A DNA stretch of 64,000 nucleotides from contig CBDBLO010000002.1 in the NCBI GenBank assembly GCA_965207075.1, positions 160,001-224,000 of the forward strand, given 5' to 3'. Positions 57,004-64,000 of this stretch are shown in pieces. Numbering within the stretch: the stretch's first letter is position 1; each line of letters starts with the position of its first letter. The position numbers and the translations under genes are program-made. A model generated the notes under the pieces. That model made no database searches. It saw only the letters and a list, made by a program, of their open reading frames with translations, and was not told the DNA's origin. Origin of the DNA: Nitrosopumilus sp. Its GTDB lineage: Archaea > Thermoproteota > Nitrososphaeria > Nitrososphaerales > Nitrosopumilaceae.

Positions 57004-58050
57004 ATGAACTGGAGGCTGGCAGTGGTGCCCGTTACGCTCATACCCATAGTCATCATCGCCGTCCAGTTCGACATAGAGCTGGACGACGTCCTCGCGATAG
57101 GGATAGTGCCGTTTGTGGGGGCGGTGGCGGCCATGATGGCAAAGCTCGGGCTGCAGGGGATAAAATTCGCGTACATCACGCGCAGGTACCTTGCAGGGTT
57201 TGACTCCGTGCTGAGGCTGACCGGCGTCAGGGTCGGCTCCGAGTTCATAAAGTTCACCACCCCGATGTTCGTGGGCGCCGAGTTCATCGTGATATACTAC
57301 CTGCACAAGAAGGGCGTAAAGCCCTCAAAGTCGACCTGGATTGCCATCATGGACATAGTAACGGAGGTGCTGGCGGGGGGGCTGCTCTCCATCGCGGCCG
57401 GCATCATAGCGCTCGCAAGCGGGGCGTACCTAGTGGCGGCCGTCGTGCTTGGCACCAGCATATTCGTGACCACGCTGTGGATGGTGCTGTTCCTGCTCTC
57501 ATCCAAGCGCACGTTCCAGGTGCCGCGCGTCCTGGCGTCGCTCTCGGTCAGACTCGGCAAGGAGAAGGCGGCCAAGTACGTCAAGGAGACCAACACCTGG
57601 ATGGAGGAGATCTGCAGTATGAGCAGGCAGCACCTCAGGACGCCGAAGGCAAAGAAGGTGTTTGTCGTGTCGTTTCTGATCTCGCTTGCGTCGTGGTCGT
57701 TTTACGGCATATCCTTCATGATAATAGCGCTGGGGCCGGGCTATGTAATCGGGGCGTTTGAGTCGATAATGGCCGTGATGGCGGCAAACGCGATAGGAAA
57801 CCTGCCGATTACGGTGGGCGGCTCCGGCCTGGCAGAGTTTGGGATAGTGGCGTACCTGTACAACCTGGACCCGTTCAACCTGCAGGCGGGCGCCGGGACG
57901 GACACCCTGGCGTGGGACGCCGTCATCGGGTGGCGCATCGCCACGTATTACGTGCCGATTGTGATCACCTGGCTGCTGCTAGTCAAGCTGGCGCTCAGCC
58001 GCGTGCCCCGCAACCAGCAGGCGGCCGCAGGCGGCCCCGGCGGAGACTAG
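57004..58050 (+). CDS. flippase-like (UPF0104 / lysylphosphatidylglycerol synthase TM) membrane protein
   Basis: Multiple TMs, TP...GAE, P.T.GGSG.AE, WR..TYY motifs. Confidence 0.85.
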   Translation: MNWRLAVVPVTLIPIVIIAVQFDIELDDVLAIGIVPFVGAVAAMMAKLGLQGIKFAYITRRYLAGFDSVLRLTGVRVGSEFIKFTTPMFVGAEFIVIYYLHKKGVKPSKSTWIAIMDIVTEVLAGGLLSIAAGIIALASGAYLVAAVVLGTSIFVTTLWMVLFLLSSKRTFQVPRVLASLSVRLGKEKAAKYVKETNTWMEEICSMSRQHLRTPKAKKVFVVSFLISLASWSFYGISFMIIALGPGYVIGAFESIMAVMAANAIGNLPITVGGSGLAEFGIVAYLYNLDPFNLQAGAGTDTLAWDAVIGWRIATYYVPIVITWLLLVKLALSRVPRNQQAAAGGPGGD

Positions 58051-58138
58051 GGCCCTGTGCCCCTCTGCCTGCCGCGTGGCGGGCCTGCGGCGCCGCCGCC
58101 GGAGAATACTTTAATTGAAAATGACGCGCCGTTACGCG

Positions 58139-58744
58139 ATGTCCGACGCGCCAGCAAGCGATCCCGGCGGCGGGAGGGACGAGCTCGTCGCGATGCTGCA
58201 AAGGACGGGGGCCCTGAGGCTCTCTGACAGGAGGGAGTTCAGGCTGGCATCGGGCGAGATGTCGGACCACTATTTTGATCTCAGGCTGCTGTGCGGCGAT
58301 CCGGACGGCATAGGCGCCGTGTCCGCGGCCCTGTATGACATGATGGTGCGGACGGGCGCGCCGCGGTCGGTGGGCGGCATAGAGTCCGGCTCCATCTCGA
58401 TTGCCGCGGCCATATCGCACCTGAGCGGGCAGCTCCACAGGCGGGATCCGTCGTCGCCGTCGCTGCCGTCCTTTTTCGTAAGGAAGGGCCGCAAGGGGCA
58501 CGGGACGCAGAAGATGATAGAGGGCGTGATAGAGTCGCCTGCAGTCGTGGTGGAGGACGTGGTTACAAGCGGCGGCTCGGCACTCAGGGCGGTAGACATA
58601 ATCCGCGACGCGGGGTACGAGTGCGACCATCTGATGTGCGTGGTGTTCCGGGGATCCGACGCGCAGCAAAAAGAGATAGAAAAGTCCGTGAAGATTCGGT
58701 ACCTGCTCAGATCCGACTACATACTAGGGCGCCTCCGTGCATGA
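58139..58744 (+). CDS. pyrE: orotate phosphoribosyltransferase
   Basis: F.LASG..S.HYFD, VRK..KGHG, VVVEDVVTSGGS. Confidence 0.9.
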   Translation: MSDAPASDPGGGRDELVAMLQRTGALRLSDRREFRLASGEMSDHYFDLRLLCGDPDGIGAVSAALYDMMVRTGAPRSVGGIESGSISIAAAISHLSGQLHRRDPSSPSLPSFFVRKGRKGHGTQKMIEGVIESPAVVVEDVVTSGGSALRAVDIIRDAGYECDHLMCVVFRGSDAQQKEIEKSVKIRYLLRSDYILGRLRA

Positions 58745-58842
58745 ACCGCCGTTCCCCTGCGGCGCGGCGTCACGTGCAAGGAGGCGCCGCAAGGGCCGCC
58801 GCGTGAGAGACGCACCGCCGGCAAAACCACTTTATCCCCGCC

Positions 58843-59646
58843 ATGTATTACGACATTGTGGATTTCACCGGCAAGACGGTCCTTGTCACTGGCGCCTCAT
58901 CCGGGATAGGCAGGGAGTCCGCGATACAGTTTGCGCGCGGGGGCGCCGACCTGGCCCTGGTGGCAAGGAGAAAGGACATGCTCGATGCCTCCGCGTCCTC
59001 GCTCGAATCCAGATACGGCGTCCGCGCCAAGGCATACCAGTGCGACGTGTCGCAAAGGGAACAGGTCTCGCGCATGACCCGCCTGGCTCTCGACGAGTTC
59101 GCTGATATCGACGTTCTGGTGAACAACGCGGGCTTTGCGATCAGCGGGGCCGTGTCCGCGCTGTCAGTCGAGGACATCGAGTCGCAGATGCAGACCAACT
59201 ACCTTGGGATGGTATACTGCACGAAGGGGCTGCTGCCCCGCATGCTCGAGAGGGGCTCTGGACACATCGTCAACGTGGCATCGGTTGCCGCGAGCTTTGG
59301 GCTGCCCGGCATCGCGCCGTACTGCGCCTCCAAGTCTGCGATGCTGGGGTTCTCCGAGGGGCTGAAGCACGAGCTGCGGGGGACCGGCGTGGGCGTAACG
59401 GTGGTCAGCCCCATAATGGTCAGGACCGAGTTCTTTGATCATCCGTGCTTTGAGAACGTGCCGCGCAGCCCGGCCGCCTCACTGGGCCCCGGCACCGTCG
59501 CCAAGGCCGTGCTGCAGGCCGCAGGCTCGCCAAGGCTCGAGATCATAGTGCCGCCGCCCGTCCGCGCCGCGGTGTGGCTCAAGCACACGTTTCCGTTCGT
59601 GATAAACCCCATACTTGGAAGGGCGTTCAAAAAATACATGCGCTAG
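58843..59646 (+). CDS. short-chain dehydrogenase/reductase
   Basis: TGASSGIG, NNAG, YCASK. Confidence 0.92.
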   Translation: MYYDIVDFTGKTVLVTGASSGIGRESAIQFARGGADLALVARRKDMLDASASSLESRYGVRAKAYQCDVSQREQVSRMTRLALDEFADIDVLVNNAGFAISGAVSALSVEDIESQMQTNYLGMVYCTKGLLPRMLERGSGHIVNVASVAASFGLPGIAPYCASKSAMLGFSEGLKHELRGTGVGVTVVSPIMVRTEFFDHPCFENVPRSPAASLGPGTVAKAVLQAAGSPRLEIIVPPPVRAAVWLKHTFPFVINPILGRAFKKYMR

Positions 59647-59694
59647 CAGCGCGCCGCCTGTCCGTCGTGTCTCCCCCCTGTCCGTCGCCGCCGC

Positions 59695-60066
59695 CTAGTC
59701 GCCGGCCGCCCCGCCCGCGTCGACTGCCTCCAGCGACTGCAGCCCGAACCTGTAGATTGCGTCCATCTCTATGCCCTTTTCATTCAGCAGGTACTCGACT
59801 GTCTTTTTGCCAAGCGGAGCCTTGTGCTGCTCAAATACAAAGCAGTACACCGTGCCCTTCTCCAGGGTCTTCGTATCGGTGCCAGCAGGCACGTCCATCG
59901 TAATGATGTGCCTTCCGTCCTCCACCGGCTCGTACAGCTGCACGTCGGCCTTGTTGTCCTTGTCATACAGCTCCAGTATGACCCCCGTCCCATCCATCCT
60001 TCTGGCGTCCGTAAACTCGGCATTCTCGATGTCGCTGACCACCCAGTCAGGAAGCTCGTCTGGCAT
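59695..60066 (-). CDS. hypothetical protein
   Basis: ATG overlaps the upstream TAA (TAATG coupling). Confidence 0.7.
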   Translation of the reverse strand: MPDELPDWVVSDIENAEFTDARRMDGTGVILELYDKDNKADVQLYEPVEDGRHIITMDVPAGTDTKTLEKGTVYCFVFEQHKAPLGKKTVEYLLNEKGIEMDAIYRFGLQSLEAVDAGGAAGD

Positions 60067-60374
60067 TACTCTTCCTGCTTTTCCTTTTTGCTCTTCTGCC
60101 ACCAGTTCAGGTAGTCGTCCTGCCTGTCCTCGCGCGTCTTCTCACGCTGGTTCAGCTTGTACCTGATGTCCGACACCTGCTCCCTCGTGGCGTACAGCCC
60201 GCACCGCTTGCATATGAAGTGCTTTGTGGCCGTGTCGAGCTTCATGGGAATCTCGATCTGGTCGAACAGCTTGTACAGGTCGTCCCTGCCCCTGTCCTCC
60301 TCGGGCGTCTCCTCCTCGTACTGCTCCTGTATCTTCCTCTTCTCCTTTGCCGCGCATTCCGGACAGTTGGGCAT
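60066..60374 (-). CDS. zinc-ribbon hypothetical protein
   Basis: CPEC ... CKRCGL; TTTTTAA box upstream. Confidence 0.75.
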   Translation of the reverse strand: MPNCPECAAKEKRKIQEQYEEETPEEDRGRDDLYKLFDQIEIPMKLDTATKHFICKRCGLYATREQVSDIRYKLNQREKTREDRQDDYLNWWQKSKKEKQEE

Positions 60375-60691
60375 GTATCTTGACGCCAAATTTTTTCCTT
60401 AAAAAGCCTTACCGATAGCGGTTCGGGCGCGGATACCGTTTCGCGGCTTGTCAGATCGGACGCGCCCGAAGGGCCGCATCAAAATTTGGCGCGGCCCGTC
60501 AGTATTGGCCGTACCCTAATTTTATGCCCACATACTTTTTGAACGGTCTGGGATCTGCCCGGCGCCCCCTAAGGACTGCAACCGGCGCATGCCCGTTGCC
60601 CCTTTCTTACATCTTTCAAAAACGGCGCAGCCCATCTAATGATGCGGGACACGTGGATTCGTGCGCAAACTAGGCATTTGTGGCCATCTCC

Positions 60692-60709
60692 AATAATAAT
60701 AATAATAAT
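60692..60709. repeat. (AAT)6 microsatellite
   Basis: Direct reading, intergenic. Confidence 0.7.
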
Positions 60710-60822
60710 GATAATAGACAGTCCAACGCGCGGCTCATCTCGTCATCCCTTTCGGTCCGTTCGCCCATCGAACATTGCCGCGCGCCGGACCTACGTCGGC
60801 CATGCGCCGCGTCTTATTATCC

Positions 60823-62112
60823 CTATTCCCCGAGGATGTCAGACGCGATTTTGGCCGCGTTCTGGGCCCCGCTCCCGTCAAAGTTCCTGGAGAACTCTGA
60901 CAGTCTGTCTGCGTACTCGGATCTGTTGCGCCTTATGTCGCGTATGGCCTCGATGATCTGTCCCGTGTTGTTTGCCAGGGCCCCGAGTCCGCGCTCGTGG
61001 GCCCATCTTATGTTGTTCGTGTGCTCGTCGTATATGGGGACCCCTATGATGGGCTTTGCCTTGCCCCCCATTATCTCGCCCATTACCGTGTGCGAGCCGT
61101 TGATCACGGCATAGTCGCACGCGTCAAGCACCGCGTCCTTGTCGTTCTCGGCCAGGAAGCCCACGTCGATCTGGATCCAGTCCACTCCCCTGTCGGCGGC
61201 CTCTGCGATGGTGTACCTCCTGCCGTCCGTACCGGTCACCGAGTCGATGCTGCCGTCGTTTCTTGCATGCGAGATTATCCTGCGCTCTGCCCTCATCTCG
61301 TCCCTTGCAAAGGCCTCCTCGTACCTCCTACCGGTCCCGTCGTTGGTGGACCTGTTGCCCGTGCGCATCCAGTACCCAAAGCCTCCCGTGCCGTTCTGCC
61401 CAAGCAGTCTGGCCAGGTTCGTGCCGGACCGCTTCTCTGCTGTAGTCGGTCCTCCGCCGCCTCCGCCGCCGCGATCCTCTGTAAAGTGGCCCACGTACAC
61501 GACCTTTTCCCTCTTGACCTCGTCTGGAAAGTTGAGGTTGTGCTCGCATATGGTGTGCGGCGGCGGCGAGTCGGCCACTAGGATCTTGGTGGCCTTTGCT
61601 ATCTGCCTTGCTATGAATGCGACTGCGGGGTACAGGTATGCCCGCGTTCTGTACAGTCTGGGCCTGAACTGGTTTGTGACGAACAGGCACGGTATGTCCC
61701 TGTTGCGTGCAAGTATGTTTGAGCCCACGTCGCCGTCGTTTACCACCAGGTCAAACTTCTGCGCGTCGTACAGCCTGCGCTCCTGGCGCAGGTAGTTGGC
61801 AATCTGGGATACGAGGGCCGGGTTTCCCTCCACTGGGAGCAGCAGATTTGCAAGCGACCTTGAGAGGCTGGGGCCCATGTCGCCGTCTATCGGGGTCGGC
61901 ATCAGAATTTCGTGTATCCTGTCGGTTTGGCCCCCATCCGCCCCAAAGCGCTCAAGAAGCCTCTGGTATATACGGCCCTTGCTTGAGTAATGAACCTCCG
62001 CCGCCGCCGCGCCGCCGCCGCCCATCCGCGCCGCCAGCGCCCTGTCAAACCTCATCATTCTAGAGTAGTGGCCGCCCCCCCACGGGTAGATGAACTGTCC
62101 TATCTTGCGCAT
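60823..62112 (-). CDS. GT-B glycosyltransferase (GT28/MurG-like)
   Basis: WGGGHYSR N-terminal motif, VINGSHTVMGE, P.YDEH..N. Confidence 0.8.
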   Translation of the reverse strand: MRKIGQFIYPWGGGHYSRMMRFDRALAARMGGGGAAAAEVHYSSKGRIYQRLLERFGADGGQTDRIHEILMPTPIDGDMGPSLSRSLANLLLPVEGNPALVSQIANYLRQERRLYDAQKFDLVVNDGDVGSNILARNRDIPCLFVTNQFRPRLYRTRAYLYPAVAFIARQIAKATKILVADSPPPHTICEHNLNFPDEVKREKVVYVGHFTEDRGGGGGGGPTTAEKRSGTNLARLLGQNGTGGFGYWMRTGNRSTNDGTGRRYEEAFARDEMRAERRIISHARNDGSIDSVTGTDGRRYTIAEAADRGVDWIQIDVGFLAENDKDAVLDACDYAVINGSHTVMGEIMGGKAKPIIGVPIYDEHTNNIRWAHERGLGALANNTGQIIEAIRDIRRNRSEYADRLSEFSRNFDGSGAQNAAKIASDILGE

Positions 62113-62159
62113 GAGGCGCCAAGACCACTGCCCGTTTAAATTGTGATCTGCCTGGTGCC

Positions 62160-63332
62160 CTAGGACGACCCGGATGATTCCGGATACAGCGAGTCGAGAA
62201 TGTCGTGCGTGTTGTTTGCGCCCACCCGGACGGTGACCTTCTGGACCGGTTCTGCCTTGGCCGCGCCGTCCTGCCATCCTGTGTCGGCCGTCCCTCCGGC
62301 CGTGGCCGCCATTGCAATCTCCTTCTCCAGCCTCTTGACGCCGGCGTCCCCCAGCACCAGTTCGCGCGCGATCCCGTAGATGCCGTCCTCGCCCGTTCCT
62401 GCAAGGGGCACGAGCGGCGTCATGCCGTGCTCAGTTACGTACAGCACGTGGGCGTCCACGACGTCGGCCGGAAACGCGGCGGGGGGTGTGGCAAGCGCTA
62501 TTCTGGAGCCCGGTCCCTGCATGGCCTGCATGGCCCCGGTGACGGCCCCGACAAAAGCCCGGTATCTTCCACCGGCGCTGCGGCCTCCGCGGTCCCGGCT
62601 GCCGCCGCTCCCCATCCTTACAAACTCCAGCTCGACCTCCTGCCTCAGCATCCTTGGAATCAGCCGGTTCAGCAGCCTTGCCAGGTTCAGCAGCCCCGAC
62701 CTGTTCTTGTAAAAGACGGTTATCGAGACGTCGTATCCCTGGCGCATGCACTCAAGGCACGACGCGGCGGACAGCTCGTCATATACGGCGCACGCCGCGT
62801 CCCTCCGGCCGTCACGCTGGGTCGGCACGCCCCCCGCGCCCCCGTCCGAAAATATGCAGACGTACGCGTTCCTTGGCGTCACGTACGCGTAGATCTCCCT
62901 GTCAAACCTGCTCTCGGTCCCGGGAACCGCCCCCAGCTCCTCCTTTCTCTCTATGATTCTTGACGTGGCGGCCACCTCTGCGTCCTTTGCGATGAACCCC
63001 TTCGTGGTGCCCTCCACCGTAACCAGGAACCGTTCCCCTCTCAGCAGGAGGTTGCCGCCCACCGACACAATCTTGGAGACCAGCTCGTCGAGGCCGTTGC
63101 CGGCCCTTCTTGCTATGGCCACCTTCCTGACCCCGAACAGCAGCCCTATGGCAGACGACGCAAAGACCGGGTCGTTTGCGTGCACCAGTATGATGTCGCC
63201 GTCGCGGCCAACCGACCTGAACTCCTGTCCGCGTATCCTCAGGATTGTCTTGATGTTTGCAGTCAGCTGCGGGATTCTCTTCCGTGCAAACACGGTTGGA
63301 AAGACCAGCACGTACGAGGGGGCCTCTTCCAT
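62160..63332 (-). CDS. THUMP-domain ThiI-like protein with degenerate C-terminal domain
   Basis: QL..NI, LFGV, F.V.V, EIY..V.....Y THUMP pattern; no SGG.DS PP-loop. Confidence 0.65.
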   Translation of the reverse strand: MEEAPSYVLVFPTVFARKRIPQLTANIKTILRIRGQEFRSVGRDGDIILVHANDPVFASSAIGLLFGVRKVAIARRAGNGLDELVSKIVSVGGNLLLRGERFLVTVEGTTKGFIAKDAEVAATSRIIERKEELGAVPGTESRFDREIYAYVTPRNAYVCIFSDGGAGGVPTQRDGRRDAACAVYDELSAASCLECMRQGYDVSITVFYKNRSGLLNLARLLNRLIPRMLRQEVELEFVRMGSGGSRDRGGRSAGGRYRAFVGAVTGAMQAMQGPGSRIALATPPAAFPADVVDAHVLYVTEHGMTPLVPLAGTGEDGIYGIARELVLGDAGVKRLEKEIAMAATAGGTADTGWQDGAAKAEPVQKVTVRVGANNTHDILDSLYPESSGSS

Positions 63333-63363
63333 CGCCGTGTTGAGGCCGGTGTGCGTTTTTAAC

Positions 63364-64000
63364 CTAGCGTTGCCTTGTGCTGGCGCCCCCGCCCCCGCCA
63401 GTCACTTGCGCCCGCCCCCTTGCAATGCGCCCCGCGACCAGCATTACGGCGTGGGGATACGCCACGTGCTCCTTTTCGAGTATCCTCCCTGAGAGGGATT
63501 CCTCGGTATCGTCGGGCCTTACCGGCACCGCATACTGCACTATGATCGGGCCCGTGTCGACCCCCTCGTCTGCATAGTGGACGGTGCATCCGGACCACTT
63601 TGCATCGTCCTCCAGCGCCTGCCTCTGCGCGTGCAGCCCCGGATACATCGGCAGCAGGGACGGGTGTATGTTCAGGACGGTGTGCTCTCTGACAATCTCG
63701 GGGGGCACTATCCGCATAAAGCCGGCCATGCAGACTATGTCGGGTTTTAGCTGCCGCAGCCTGGTGGCCAGTTCGCCCATGTCAGATGTGGTGCTGCATT
63801 CTATCCCGTGCCGCCGGGCCGTCTCCATGCCGGGAGCATCGGCCACGTTTGATATGACGTGTCTTACGCTGACGTTGGGTATGCGGCCCGCCTGCACGGC
63901 CCGTATTATCGCCTCCATGTTGCTTCCCCTGCCGGATATGAGGATCACCACGCTCAGCGTGGTGCGCGTCGTAGATGATGATGATGCCGGTGATGATGAT
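63364..64000 (-). CDS. purN: phosphoribosylglycinamide formyltransferase (frame open to the window edge)
   Basis: ISGRGSNM, AGFMRI, NIHPSLLP.YPG, GCTVH, DTGPII. Confidence 0.95.
   Translation of the reverse strand, partial: SSSPASSSSTTRTTLSVVILISGRGSNMEAIIRAVQAGRIPNVSVRHVISNVADAPGMETARRHGIECSTTSDMGELATRLRQLKPDIVCMAGFMRIVPPEIVREHTVLNIHPSLLPMYPGLHAQRQALEDDAKWSGCTVHYADEGVDTGPIIVQYAVPVRPDDTEESLSGRILEKEHVAYPHAVMLVAGRIARGRAQVTGGGGGASTRQR

Noticed and set aside
60422-60470. 10-bp inverted repeat TTCGGGCGCG/CGCGCCCGAA
   Set aside because: A single GC-rich stem with no promoter or further structure to support an RNA call

Overview
GC-rich chromosomal segment of an ammonia-oxidising-type archaeon (Nitrososphaerota, Nitrosopumilaceae-like). 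The assignment is inferred from PolD subunits, Orc1/Cdc6, TFB, thermosome, ESCRT-III/CdvB, GINS, GGGP synthase and a CFI-box-CTERM cyclophilin; the high GC and low-complexity insertions suggest a Cenarchaeum-like, possibly host-associated lineage. Most of the window is housekeeping genes, including glnA, glyA, queE/folE/queC, cysC/cysQ, prs, rnz, cca, thrB, pyrE and purN, plus tRNA-Pro(GGG). It also contains the probable replication origin (ORB repeats upstream of cdc6) and two near-identical, oppositely oriented 1337-bp IS481-family elements, each with a 15-bp target duplication. The most interesting signals are: (1) a stand-alone, promoter-preceded, highly structured ~130-nt candidate ncRNA at 23051-23181 (-); (2) an origin-adjacent block of four small DNA-binding protein genes, one membrane-anchored, embedded in several classes of short repeated motifs; (3) a cryptic, very divergent ESCRT-III paralogue; (4) an ATP-grasp/degenerate-M20 + GGT + formylglutamate-amidohydrolase operon whose GGT has a duplicated autocleavage motif; (5) a palindromic operator-like region between hsp20 and an ACT-domain protein. 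All calls are by eye from sequence motifs, with no database searches. Several start codons are my best choice and differ from the ORF track.
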